Below, in pieces: positions 13,301 to 26,405 of a stretch of DNA of 64,000 nucleotides. The notes below the pieces were generated by a model. It did not search any database. It was given only the letters and a program-made list of their open reading frames with translations, and was not told where the DNA came from. Source of the stretch: Camelus ferus (lineage: Eukaryota); NCBI RefSeq assembly GCF_009834535.1, contig NC_045697.1, positions 118,112,001 through 118,176,000 on the forward strand. Direction: 5' to 3'. How positions within the stretch are numbered: the stretch's first letter is position 1; every line of letters starts with the position of its first letter. The position numbers were made by a program, and so were the translations under genes.

Positions 13301-14095
13301 TGGACCCCTGTCACATGCCAAAAGAGGCGTTTCTGGCAAAGGTTGTATTGAAGGAGCAATGATCACAGCAAAGTATCTTCCACCAGGCTGTTCACAAGGG
13401 CAGATTTCGACTGTGAAGGGTTCTGCCTATTTTTTGAACCCAGTTTCCCCACCCCCCACCAGTCTTCCTAGTAATTTAGTAAGCTACCCAATTTCCTTTC
13501 AAAATACTTATTTCAATTCAACAGAGTCTGTGATTAAATGCGAGTATGTTCCTTGCTAATTAAATCATTCTCAAAGAAATGCTGGGTAAACCCAGGTACC
13601 GTTTTATTGTCCCTGAAAGAGAAGCATTTGTATATACAGGTGATAGATTGGTAGACATCATAGAGAAAGGACTAGAAAGATTTCATTGAACCGGCCACAT
13701 CAGTGACCTAAGGCTGGCACTGCAAATTGATACGTAAACAGAAGAAGGGTAGATTTCTAAACCGTTATGACTCTTCAAAATGTTTTCTCTGTTAAAACAA
13801 TTTCAACTTCTCAATATGAAGTCATAATATTTCAAAACAAAGAAATACTTGCAAAATCACAGGCAAGAATGAAGATTTGACTGTCCATATTTTTAAGACA
13901 ATGGGAGCACCAGGATGACTACCAAGTGGCTCCTGGGGAATCAAGTAGATCCATCTATTGACTATAATGTTGAACAGCAATATAGGGATACGTATTGGGT
14001 CATTATAACATTCGTATTCTTGACCCAGTAATTCCACTCCTGGGAATTTTTACTGAAGAAATAACAACAGGAAAAATGTGTATAAGAATAGTCGT

Positions 14096-14192
14096 GGGGA
14101 GGTGGAGGCGGGTAGAGCTCAGTGGTTGAGTGTGTGGTTAGCGTGCACAGAGTCCCGGGTTCAATCCCCACTACCTCCATTTTAAAAAAAAA
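14096..14192 (+). mobile_element. Vic-1-type tRNA-derived SINE (short-tail form) inside an old L1M fragment
   Basis: A box AGAGCTCAGTGG, B box GGTTCAATCCC, then ACTACCTCCA and an A tail; left flank carries the L1 motif GACCCAGTAATTCCACTCCTGGGAATT. Confidence 0.88.
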
Positions 14193-14304
14193 TGGTAGGA
14201 AAATGTAAAACAAAAAGGAATATTCATTACAGAACTCCCTAAAATTGTAGAAAGTTCGGAAACAAATTGAGTGTCCAGAAATGGGTGAGACAGTCACCAG
14301 TACT

Positions 14305-14586
14305 GTTCAAAACTGTGTTCTTTCTCCTTTCAGGCCCATGGTAGACCTGTATTTCCTTGAGCCACTGAAGTCAGGCAGAGCCAGGTAAATGAGGATGTGA
14401 GCCTTCCTTCCAGGCAGAAGCTTTAAACCTGCATGTGAGTCTCCCCTCCAAGTAAGATGTCCTGGAGAGGAGCCTGAACCGACAATGTGAACAGCATGAG
14501 TGAAGTAAAGCTTTCTGACTGTAAACCTGCTAACACCTTGGAACTGAATGTTACCACAGCGTAACTAGTCTACTCTGAGCAAATGA
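14305..14586 (+). mobile_element. MaLR LTR (MLT1 type)
   Basis: CTTGAGCCACTGAAGTCAGGCAG...TGTTACCACAGCGTAACTAGTCTACTCTGA. Confidence 0.6.
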
Positions 14587-15172
14587 ACAGGTTAAATCAA
14601 TTATGATCTTTAATGATATGAGGGAAAGAAACAAGATATTTACTATCTATTTGCACTTGCAGACAAAGGCCTAAAATAGGAACAAATGGAAATAACTGGA
14701 GTATGACAGATGGAAATGTAATTTTTTTTTAATCTTTTAAACTTCTACTGAAAACTTAAATTTGGAAGATAACCAGTGTCCTTTTCAAAACAATTCATAT
14801 AGACATTGAAATTTCTTTAAATTGATTAAATAAATATTAAACTGAATATTAAAATAAACATTTACTTGAGAAATATTTAAAAACACATTTTCGGATACCT
14901 TGTAAATTTTGCATATCACGATTTTAATTCATACGTTGATAACTCTGCTCCTTACCTGAATCTCTGGAGATTTCCATTATATTTCTAAGGGGACCAAGGT
15001 TGTCATATGCGTCAAACTCGTACTTTTAGAAGGATTTCACTAAGAAGACAATAATGAACAAAAAGGTTTTACTCGTAACAGCAGCATATACAGGATCCTT
15101 AATTTGGGCACAGACAAACAAGACTTCACGGGGAGGCCCTGCACAGTGGAATCTGATAGACACGACCAACTC

Positions 15173-15578
15173 CGTTATGAGATCTGCAGCTATTTTGCTA
15201 TTTTGGGACAAGCCAAGCCCACTGCAAGTAACAACTTCCTGTAAAACCCTCCCCAGACTTGAGTGAGAACTACTTGTGGGAACATTCATCTAACAAGCCG
15301 GTCTCTTTTTCAGACACACCCCTTTCAAAACCCACCAATCAGCATTTACCCTTCATACCTCATCTACACAAAAATCCACCAATCAGAACTTACCACTCAG
15401 CACCCCTCATTTGCATAAGAACCCACCAATCAGCTCCTACCCCCCAGGCATAAAACAACCAAGTCTGTATGCAGAGAGCGGGGTCCAGTCTAACTGGAGA
15501 ACTGTCTGCAGGTTTCTCAAAATAAACCTTTCTGTTGTTGAGCTGTCTCTGATCCTTCCTTTCTCTCCGACTCTAACA
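15173..15578 (+). mobile_element. Solo ERV LTR with triplicated CCAAT unit
   Basis: Ends (C)GTTA...TAACA; CCACCAATCAG three times; CATAAAA TATA-like box near 15449; AATAAA near 15520. Confidence 0.75.
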
Positions 15579-17947
15579 GAACCTACTGTACAAGGTCTAC
15601 TGTTGTCTTACTGGTCAAAAGGTTTTTCAGGAAGCCATCCACTACATTGACCATAAAAATATTTTTTTACAAAAGTAAATGGAAGAAAAATCTTTCTCTT
15701 CTTCGTTTGTTTCATTTTATAAAAATGCAAGACGTAAATTGTATAACTAATTTAGTTTCTCATAACTCGTCTAGCCAAAAGGCTTAGTGCAATTTAATAT
15801 CAGTATTTTATTTCTGTAGCATCTTTTAACTTATATTTCTATATAATGTTTACTTGCAATAATATTGCTTCACCTAGCTAAATTTCCATGGCTCTGATAT
15901 TCTCCGTTTTATTATAACCCACCTCAAGTCTTTTACATAGAGTGCAGGATACATGTAAATAAAATTGTTCGATGGAAACATGCAATAGTGTAGAGCTAGT
16001 AACTCAGTAACTACTCACTGAGAGCTGGCTGAGAAAGTCATACATCTCATTGTCTCTACTTGTTAGTGAGGCCTGAGTTATTTGAATCTCAGTTCTGTTC
16101 AGATGGATGTGTTTGATCTTCTACAGATTCTCAGGTACCCCTTGTTCTCAGTGAGTAGAGATCCTGTCTGGTGTGGTGGATGCTGGAGAAATGTTTGTTT
16201 TCACATCCCCCCTCTTACAGCAAAGACCACCCAGGGCACACCTCTCCTCCTCATGAGATTTCTTTATTATGAACTTATTCTGAAGACTGTTACACCTTGA
16301 CTTTTCCTATTTTGTGACATTTTACTTCTGCTTTTTTTTTTTTTTTAAGGATTTAAAAGATATTCTTTAAATCTGGTCTTGTCTCTTACAATATTAAGAA
16401 ATGTTATTTCTCATTTCCTCCACATGATTCCTAGCAATTAGAGCTATGGGCAGTGAAGGAACTTCTGGAGTAGTAGAGAAAAATAAATCACTATTGAAAG
16501 CTGTCCGAACAGATGCTACTTAAAGCCAAAGACCTGGAATTTACTGTCTAACTTGAAGCTTGAAGAGCTTAATTTTGCTTAATCACAGCTGTAGGAATAA
16601 TCCTGCAGAGAATCAGGGAGCGGGAGAGAGAGCAGGGAAGAGAAAGGAACAAGAAACCTGGTGAGACGGCGTGGACACTGGTACAGTGAGGAGACCCGTG
16701 GGGGCCCCCAGTGCTGACAGTGCCCTGTGATTCTCTGGAAGAGGGCACAAAAGTTGAGATTTCCAGTGGTTTTTATTGTTGCAATCCAACTACCTCTCTC
16801 CCTTAAAGTCTCTTATCCACATATAGACTCCGTGTGTTTATGTTTATGTGAATCAAAGTAAGTTTTCTTGGTACATAAAAGGGGTGGTTTTCATGGGATC
16901 TGAGTACTCCAAACCATACCATATCTGAAATAGAAGTTGTGGTGTCAGATGCCAACATCAGACGGTAAGTCCCTGGGGGCTGGACTTCCTGCATACCAGG
17001 CACTGCAGTTCCACTCCATTGTTTCCACGGCACCTTGGCCTTTAATGAGAAGTGTGAACCAGCGGACACTTGGCTGGCACTAGGAAGCAATATCAGTGAC
17101 TGAAAATTAAGTGTATTACAGCAATCCACTGGGGCTCAGAGGACACTTAGTGGAAACCCATTAGCTTCCTGACCCTGTGGTAGCATCCTGAGAAGTCCTA
17201 AGGCTCCTTTCCCTGAAGGACCACAGGAAACAGTTTGGGTCAATATTAATGATTTATGGGAAGCAATTAGAGGATAATGAAGTGGTAAACCGTGTTATGT
17301 TACTGAAATTACAAGGGAAGCCAGGAGTAATTTTGTTCACAAGTTTGAGTCCATTATCTTTCTGATACCCTGTCTCTAATATTTAGCCAAAGGTTTTGAT
17401 TTGATTGCCAGAGTGACAGACTTTACATGTGGACATGTTTGTAACATCTCTTGCATTTCAAAAAGTCCTTTAATAGATGTTAAACTGGAAAAGAAAGTTG
17501 TAGAGCAGTGGAAAATAAGAATACCTTGAGAATGAAACCTCAAGTTGAATTGAATGTTTTTGAATTTGAAAATCTTGGCTGACAAAGTCTTATGTTAGTA
17601 GCTGTTTTTAAAAGAATCAGAGATAATCATTTTATGATGCTAGAATCTTCCTAGTTTTATGACTGACCATCCCCCACCTCACAGCAGCACTTGGGAATGA
17701 AAGAAAACTGAAATGTATGGGTGACGGGAAAGACAATATTTTTGGAAATAGCCCTAACAGAAGACAACTTGCTGTATTTGAAGAGATGGCCAGGAAAAAT
17801 ACAACTGGGTCAGTCTAGGTCAGCCAGATCTACGGTTTTGGAATCCAAACATGGTAGAGTCATTTTTGGACTATCCCAAGGTTTTCATCCAATTCGTGGC
17901 AGCAAATTTTGCTCCATGAATTGCTTTCTTAAGTCTTTTAAAATATT

Positions 17948-18032
17948 GAACCACTATGTTGTACACCTAAAACCAATATTGTAAATCAACTATAATTTAA
18001 TAATTTTTTTACTTAAAAAATAAATTAAAAAA
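17948..18032 (+). mobile_element. L1 extreme 3' end
   Basis: GAACCACTATGTTGTACACCTAAAACCAATATTGTAAATCAACTATA followed by an A-rich tail. Confidence 0.8.
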
Positions 18033-20414
18033 TACATATATTCATGGATTTCTACATTTCAGGTGTATTCAATAAATAAAAACTAACAAGTGTGGCAAAG
18101 ATGAAGAACGTCTTCTCAGGATGACAGTACATAAGGAGTGCACATACCCTGGGGACAACCAGAACATTCCACTGGGTTCTCACCCCTGAGCACCATTGTT
18201 TCCCTCCAATTGTGTCTTTTCACTTTCCAAATATCTTCTCTCTTCCTTCATCACAACTGTTGTTAGCATCACTTCCCACCAAGCCTGTTTCTTTCTTCTC
18301 TTCATTTCTTTTTCTTTGGTCCCATAGGTATATTGACAAACCAAAGTGCAGGTGACAACCTCTAATCTTCAGCTCGTAGAATACCCCAGTGGTATCGTTT
18401 CTTCTTCCTGCTTGTCCAACCTTTTCTTCTGTGTTTCTTGTAGAAGGACAAGGCAGGAGACAACAGGTGGTAGAAATAGTCGAGATTTCTGGGTGAAAAT
18501 ATGTGGGGAAGTGTCTCCTTCTAATCTACAATGCTGTTTCATTGCCAGACTGCTACGAAGAGGAAGTAAAAGTGTGCTGCACAAGCTCAAGAAAGCTACA
18601 TTCTACTTGGGATCTCAAGAGTGACACACTTTGAAAACATTATAAATCATATTAGAGGTTTCCAAAGTTCTGGGATTTCACGCCGTCACGGTGCTAGTAA
18701 CAGGGTTCGGACTCATATATGAGTCTTGTTTTTCTTGATGAAAGGAGAAAGTCTGTAGAGCTTTCAGGGAAAGAGAACTTAGGGCAGATTGTGTTTATTA
18801 ACTTGTTTCCTGTTGTGACGGGATGGAGTCATGTGGAGCCGCAACATACTGGAGCTGCGTTGGGCACGACCGTGTGAGGTCCTCAGCCCTCCTCCATTTC
18901 TCGGATGCTGGTTGTGTAGATACAGGTAAATCCCATTTCTAAGAAATGCCTTTTGCTTTAGAGGCAGAGTTGAGCCCCTGGAGAATGAATAGAAGATCTC
19001 CTGGAACGTCGTATTTTTTATCCGTGAATAGAAAGTGTGTGTCTTACATCATTTTATACAAAACGAAATACTGATGGCTGAGAGGAGTATGAATGTCAGC
19101 TTCTTGGGTGCCATGTTTAAAAGCACTAATCAGAACATCCACGTGGCTGAAATCGCTACAGCTGAACCCCCACATTTAGCAAGAAGAAGGCAGAAAGAAT
19201 AGTTATCCAGGCCCTCTTTCTAAAACCAGGGCCAGCCGACTATCGAACTTTCTGGTTGCCTTGCAAACTCTTGCTACATTACAAATGTGAAGGGACAGTT
19301 ATCAGGTGGCACATGGAGATTTGGAAATGGTGGCATTACACACTAAAATCAATGATCCTGCAGTCCCAGACGTAAAGGTGCCTTTATCACTTCTTTAATA
19401 CATGTCTTGATTTTACACTGTGCAGGTAAGTAGCAAATGGGTAGCAGTTGTAGGTGGCATTTAAGACGTGCCATATTGGTTGTCACCAAAGGAAGCACCT
19501 TACAAGTGAGGCACACAGGGAATGGGGCTGAGCTGAAAAGCATTTGTAAGTAAATTGTCTTTGCAGAGAACAGCTTCTGAGAATACTATGTCTCAAATGG
19601 TGTGGAAGTGGAAAATGTTGCTTAAAGATTCTGTTTGGTGAATGTTCCAGGGCACACAGTGGCTACAAGAGAAAACATAATTTTAAAAGAGTCATTCAAC
19701 AGTGTTGAAGTTATAAAATTGTCCTAAAAAGTCATCTGCCTGCCAAAAGCACAAAATATTAACTTGTTCAGAAAACTCTCCTGGGGGACACAGTGGCTTG
19801 CTTATAAAGGAAAAACTAAGTTAATCCACCTCTAAATGATGCCTTGAGTATGAATATTAAATATTTTACAGAACCAAAATGCGTGTTTTCCAGGTAGCAA
19901 GTGATGTATTTTCAGTATCTTTGTTGATTATATTACAGTACCTGTTAGACTTGTGAATCTGTTTGGATTTTTTAAGACCTTGTTTACTTTAGAATTTCCA
20001 GAGGAAAAAAACAAAAAAATGACACATGACATATGCTTAAGAAGCTTGCAGCTACCACCATTGGGAAGACCAAATATTATGAAGCATTGTTATTTATTAG
20101 GAAGTTTGAAAGATAAAGGTATTTGATCCAGTTGGTTTTCTTATGGTGGATTCTGGTAAGAGGAAATGCACGTGCATGAGCAGAAACACATTCCCCTCTC
20201 CTGACAACACCCTGTGGGTTAGCAGCCCTTTTGAAAACAGGCACAGCTCTGCGTTTCTCACACCATCTGTCACAGGTCTAGTTTTTAATAAATCTTTGTG
20301 TAATGAATGAATCAGTTATTTACCATGAGACAGGGCTATAAAATTCAAGTATAGTGACCAATCGCACCGTAGTTTTCTGTAATTTTGATTTTGATTTCTG
20401 TTACCAGAAATTAG

Positions 20415-20535
20415 TGGAAACGTATGTGACAATGAATATATGTATGTTCATGTATAACTGAAAAATTGTGCTCTACACTGGAAACTGACACAACATTGTA
20501 AACTGGCTATAACTCAATAAAATGAAATTTAAAAA
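20415..20535 (+). mobile_element. Young camelid-type L1 3' end
   Basis: Nearly identical to ~48260-48360 (TGTGACAATGAATATA...AACTGAAAAATTGTGCTCTACACTGGAA); AAATTAG flanks both sides (20408-20414, 20536-20542). Confidence 0.88.
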
Positions 20536-21857
20536 AAATTAGAAGACCTCTATTTCACTGATTTTATTTACTTGTACAAAATAAATTTAGCTCTTTTAAG
20601 CCTTAACTTCTATAAAATGAGAAATGTTTGGAGAGCTCTAATAATATACTATGTGCTTTGAAACTGTAAAGAAACAAATCTTATAAGTTAATGGCATGTT
20701 TTTTCTTAGGTTTAGAATGCTCTGGAAAATGTACGACTTCTTTTATGAATGATCAATAAATGGAGAAATTAACTTCACAGGTTTTATTGCATTAAGTCCT
20801 GTGTGATTTAGCAAACTTATAGTCCAATTTAACAAGGAGACAATTTCATGAGTATTGGTGTCTATTTTTACCTGAACTTGGAACTGTATGGCATTTGGGA
20901 AACCGTCAGTTTTTGCCAGGTGAGAGTTAATTCACAGCTTCTGCATTGAGTCAGAATTCCCCTGAAATGAGTTCAGAAAACATTTGGCTGAAGAATGAGT
21001 GTTTGTCTCGTCAGTAGTTGAGCCATGGAAGCCTTGTACCAGTTTGCTTCCAACAATTCAAAAGTCAAACATTCATCTCAAGAACAACCTTAACTGTGGA
21101 ACATGATGTATCCTTGAGAAATTAGATGTGTGACTGAGTCTTAGAACATTGCATAACCTCAGCTCTGATGGAAAAAAATAGCTGTTTTCATAGGTTATTT
21201 AAAAATTCATTCGGTGAAGATTGCTTTTGTTCAACCTTTGGGTGTCTGCTGCCCAGAGTATTTGAGTTTACGTGCAAAGGACGTGAAATTAAAGTGCTGC
21301 CTAGAAGTGGTGACTGGCAGGAGGGACCCTGGAAAACACCTGAATCTATTTAAAAAGTTCAACGTGAGTAAGCATTTCTGTGTATCTTCCCCAGTCATAG
21401 ATGCAATGTCAACTTAATATTTTAATGAGAAGTTTTGCTTCTGATTTCTATCAATTAATTTTGAGAGTCACTTTAGAGACTTGATGCCCCAACTCAGCAG
21501 ATTTTCAAGGGCATTTTACTAAGAGGGAGAACACTTTGATGACTGTAGGTAAGTAATTGTACCTGGGGAGAGACATCCCTAGTATGATTTACTTTAATAC
21601 TCTTCAACATTTAGGATGCTGTTCTAAGTGATTTCTGCGCTAAGTCTCGGCGCTGTGGTGAGTGCTGTAATTCTATATTGCATAACCTTCATTGTCAACT
21701 GTTTGAATCTCCAAGACGTACATTTAATCATATCATTATTTTACTCAAAGTCTGTCAGTGGATCTCTCTTCTTCAAGTTCAAAATCCCAAACTTCCTCAT
21801 CTGGTCACTGATAACTTTGCATCTCCTTTTCTGTCACTGTCTCAAGATGCAGTCACT

Positions 21858-22170
21858 ACAGCCTACCTCAAGAAACAAGAAACAAGAAAAATCTCAGATG
21901 AAGAACCCAACCTACCATCTAAAGGAATTAGAAACAGAACAAACAAAGCCCAATGTTTGTAGAAGGAAGGAAATAATAAAGATCAGAGTGGAAATAAATG
22001 AAATAGAAACTAAAAACAATAGAAAAGGTCAATGAAACTAAGAGCTGGTTCTTTGAAAACAGAAACAAAGTTGATAAGTCCTTAGTAAGACTCATTAAAA
22101 AAAAAAAAAAAAGGAGAGGGCCCAAATAAGCAAAATCAGGAATGAAAGAGAAGTCACAACTAACACCATA
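21858..22170 (+). mobile_element. Isolated internal L1 ORF2 fragment (just downstream of the endonuclease domain)
   Basis: Translates across frameshifts to [53 protein letters not shown]. Confidence 0.92.
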
Positions 22171-22773
22171 TTTAGGAGTTTGGTTTCTTAAAGGATTTTA
22201 ACAAAACATGGGCTAATTGCTAAACAACAAAAACCAACAAACAAAAATCATGGTGCATAAATTAGGTGTGGACGATACTACCAGAAAAGACTGGGAAAAT
22301 ATAGAAAGACCCTATACTCATATTGCTTAAAGTATCTTAAGCTCTTATTTCAGTTTAGAGAAAATGTAATTAGAAATAACTAGTTATTCCACTAGAAAAC
22401 TGTACTTGAATAAGATCTTGGCCTATCAACAAAAGATTTTGAATGAATGGGCATTTATGTTTTAAGACACAATGCAGTTCTAAAGGCACGCTTCTTTTAT
22501 TATACTTGCATTAACAGATTGGTTTTGGACAAATGGGTGAAGTACTGGTAACAGACATGAAGAGAACTTAACCCAAGCAGGGGAGAATACAGGGTTTTAA
22601 GATTTCTTATCAGTTTTTTTGCATTGAACCTCAATAAAGAATACATTGTGCTTTCTCTCTGCTTAGGCATTCTGCTTTGATGCAAATTTCCTCTGTGAGT
22701 CGATTTAATGGTGAATAAAATGAACAGAGATAAGAGATAAAGACAAAACAGCCAACATTATACACTATTTTCC

Positions 22774-22896
22774 TTTTTGTTTGTTTTGTTTTGTTTTGTT
22801 TTTTATTGAAGGATAGTCAGTTACAATGTGTCAATTTCTGGTGTACAGCACGACTTGATGTATATATATGCATGACTGGGACATTATGCTGTATAC
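22774..22896 (-). mobile_element. Miniature 5'-inverted L1
   Basis: Antisense 3' end 22774-22850 followed by an opposite-orientation piece 22858-22896; both map to adjacent parts of the L1 tail at ~50125-50195. Confidence 0.8.
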
Positions 22897-23654
22897 TTTT
22901 TTCTTTTTAATTTGATTTTTTTTTTTAACAAAGTCTTTTAAGTCCAAGAAAAAGCAAAAGGATCACAACAGGAAGGAAAGGAGTGAGAGATATCCTACGT
23001 CTGTGGCAGTGCCAGAGTTAAAACTTTCCATTTCTGGATTCTTTTGGAGACTGTTAGGCTGTGATATGTGTGTACGTGGGAGTAAGACAGACTTGCAAAT
23101 ATGAGCAACACATTGTACAGCCCACATATTTTTTCTGCTCGGCTTACATCTAAGGGAAAAAAGACGTAGTAACACAAGAAGAAATAATATCAGCATTCTC
23201 AGTGCTAATTATACAGGAATGAAGAGTTATACTGGGTCAGACACAGACCTTCAAGCCCACATTTCTTAGTCAAAAGCGGCGTCAGGGAACCTGCTCCTGA
23301 AGCCTGAAGATTTTGCCTGAAATCAGTTTCCAGGCTTAACTGTATTCTAGTACATTTCAGAGTTATTCAAGAGTCTCCTCAAACTGATTTCACTCCCCTT
23401 TATATTTTTGATCAACCAGGAGCAAGCTCTGAGGATAGTAGGTTCCTTCCCTAAACCACATTTTTTATTGCTTATTTATCTTAAATGCTTTGTTTACCTT
23501 AAGGGGCACTTTGATATTTATGCAACAGGTCTCTAGTTATTTTTCTGCACAATTTTTGCTTTGATGGAGTTTTGTCATTGTTCTGTGACCTTTATTAAAT
23601 CTCTTTTTATAGGAATCTCTCCCATGCCCTTCATTTCCCTTCTTGGCCTTTATG

Positions 23655-23674
23655 GTGTGTGTGTGAGTGTGTGT

Positions 23675-23714
<40 letters not shown>
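23655..23714. repeat. Interrupted (TG)n microsatellite followed by short (GA)n
   Basis: Direct reading. Confidence 0.95.
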
Positions 23715-23715
<1 letters not shown>

Positions 23716-23729
23716 TGTGTCTTCATGGT

Positions 23730-23907
23730 AGAGAAAACACAAAATTAAACACACAGCAGGCTGGAATGCTGAACAAATGTAAGACCGTTGCCCTGAGGAA
23801 ATCTACAATCCAAAGCTGACGGTACATGAATCAGCAACAAACAATCCCACTGAGACTTGGGGTATTATTTGTTACACCACATCATCTATCATTACCTGAC
23901 TGATACA
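23730..23907 (+). mobile_element. MLT1 LTR 3' part
   Basis: CCACTGAGACTTGGGGTATTATTTGTTAC...CCTGACTGATACA. Confidence 0.65.
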
Positions 23908-24079
23908 GACATATTATTTAAGGTGGATAATACTCTGTGAAATAAAAAACTTAAAAACTGTATATAATAATCATTATATCAGCTTAAAGACCGCAGTTAA
24001 ACTATACTCACAATTTTTAACTCAGAATATTATTGAGAGCTGAGATAAAAATGTATATATACTTGCTAAAATCACAGCA

Positions 24080-24200
24080 TTTGGAACAAGTTAAGTTCTG
24101 TCAGGCTCATTTTTCTTCTGTATATAATGAACATGTTCCATAAGGTCATTGCAAGAATTAATATGTATTATCATAGTGTCTATTATAGAGGAAATTAATC
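24080..24200 (+). mobile_element. MIR fragment
   Basis: TTGGAACAAGTTAAGTTCTGTCAGGCTCATTTTTCTTCTGTATATAATG resembles the MIR core. Confidence 0.5.
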
Positions 24201-25245
24201 AATACTATTCAAAAATTTTACTAACTCACTAACCAAATAAACACCCAAGAAACCCATCAGTTTTTACAATGAAAACACATCCTTGAGTGAAAAAAAATTG
24301 TATCATATATGCAGTTCTTAAAACTTAGTATGATAAATTTCAATCTGAAGGAAGAGGTTGCTGTTAAGAAAATTTTAAATTCCAGAGTTCCAAAGTATAC
24401 AATATTGGAAACATGGAATAATTTAGATCAAATACGATATGCTTGGTAACCAAATGTGTTGTGCTTGGTAATACATCCAGCCCAGCATTAAAGGCAAATG
24501 GCGCAGCAGCTGAACCGTTTTGAAGACTAATCCACCCAACCTTTGCAAATGTATCTTCTGAAACTCCCTGTAATTATGGCTCTTCATGACCTGTTATTTT
24601 TCTGTTTTATTAGGAACACAACAGTAAGTCACACAATTTTTTTTCCTCTGAAACTGTTTTTAAACTGAATGCAAAACAGAAGGAAAGATCCAACAATTTT
24701 CTAAAATAAAATATTCATATGTCAGTGTCTTCGTACATCAGAAACGAACACTTTCTTTTCAAAACAGAGCATGTCAATATTTCCCTTCTTGATTTTCAGT
24801 CTTATATATGTTCACACTAACTAAACTTTATTCTATATGCAGCAATCTTTAGAAGAGGAACATGAATACTTTTTTTAAATGTATGGTACATATTTAGAAA
24901 TACAATCCAAATTTCATATTTCATAATACAAGGCCATTTACCCTTGGATAATGTTTAAAAGTGAAAACCAAAAGTGAAAAAGTGCACCTTTAAAGCAAAG
25001 ATCTATCGGTTTGCCGAATTTCAGTTGATATATAAATGGGAGAGCACGAGGCATGAGGAGCTGTTCTGCTGTAGTAATTCTGTTTTCATGCATTGGTTAC
25101 CTTTACAGAGGCACAGACACTAGCATTAATAAAATAAATAACTGTACGAATAACATGAACATTTCTTTCTATTTTGCTTTTCTTTCTATTGAATCAAATG
25201 CACTGATACCCAAGAAAACCTGGAGAATATTCTGAGCCTGGCCAT

Positions 25246-25757
25246 TGTGATAGTTGTCCATCACTGATGTAACAAGTGACCACAGGTCTCGGGGCTGAAA
25301 GCAATGCACACTTGTGGGTTTTTACAGTTCTGGAGGGCAGAGACCAGAAATGGGCCCTAGGGGCAGAAATCATGGTGTTAGGAGGGCTGCATTCTTCTGG
25401 TGGTTCTAGGGAGAAGAACAAGCTCCAGGCCCTCTCAGTTTCCAGGGCTGCCCACGCTCCTTGGCTCAGGGCCCCGTCCTCCACAATCAAAGCCAGAAAC
25501 ACAGCATCCTGCCATTTGCCCCCGATTCTGCTTCCTTATCACATCACCTTCTCTTGTTCTAATTCTGCTGCCTCCTTCTCATGGGTCTCCTTGTGAGGAC
25601 ACGGGCCTACTGGGTATCCAGAATAACTCCCCCATCTCACAGTCTTTCACTTAATCACATCTGCAAAGTCCCTTCTGCCACCCACAGTAACACAGTCACA
25701 GGTTCTAAGAATTAGGAGGCGTCTGAGAATTTAGGGGACATTATTCAGCTTACCACC
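25246..25757 (-). mobile_element. MaLR LTR (MLT1D-like), near full length
   Basis: TTACAGTTCTGGAGGGCAGA...CTTAATCACATCTGCAAAGTCCCTT...CACAGGTTCTAAGAATTAGG...ATTATTCAGCTTACCAC. Confidence 0.85.
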
Positions 25758-26211
25758 ACTATGCTCAATTTTTCTGAAAATACCTGAATATGTGAAAAAC
25801 TAGGGCCTTTATCAAATAATATGATTGCATTTCAAAGCTCAAAACATCAAAACAAATATGACTGATAGTTCGAAACTACTCTTACAGATTTAGATAAAGA
25901 CTCCACATGGGAGGATTTTTTTTTTTTAACTTAATAATCATGACACTTGTAAGTTTTCCATTCTTTTCTGAGAGAAACTTTCCATTTGATTGATTGGAGT
26001 GATTCCCTCAGCCTCAGAGCCGTCATGGGCAATTCACCCAAAGACAATCAATCCACTAGCAGGACCGTGGCTTACAAGCCAAGCTTCCAAAAGTTCTCTG
26101 TCCAAATGGAGATGGTCTAGGATACAATTATTTTTGCTCTTTAGAATTTGTGTGGGCAAATACGGAGTGAGTCCAGCAGCTTGCAATGACACTGTGAAAT
26201 CAAAACAGAGA

Positions 26212-26405
26212 TAAGTTTGCCAGAAAAAAAAAATAAGATAGTCAACTAAATTTGAATTTCAGAAAAATAATGCATCATTTTTTAGTATTGTGTGTCCTGA
26301 ATATTGCACGGGACACACTCACACTAAAAAATTACATGTTGCTTATGTGAAATTCAGATTTAATTGGGTGTCCTATAGTTTTATTTGCTAGACCTGGCAG
26401 TCCTA
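26212..26405 (-). mobile_element. MER53 palindromic hAT MITE
   Basis: Termini TAAGTTTGCCAG / CTGGCAGTCCTA; inverted arms TGAATTTCA (26253-26261) and TGAAATTCA (26348-26356); core GTGTGTCC...GGACACAC. Confidence 0.85.

Noticed and set aside
18328..18470. + strand microexons after pyrimidine tracts (for example YIDKPKC)
   Set aside because: Weak donors (GTGACA, GTGGTA) and no consistent exon chain
21628..22035. 135-aa ORF with a hydrophobic N-terminus as a host-L1 fusion protein
   Set aside because: Non-ATG start, T-rich chance hydrophobicity and a frameshifted L1 part
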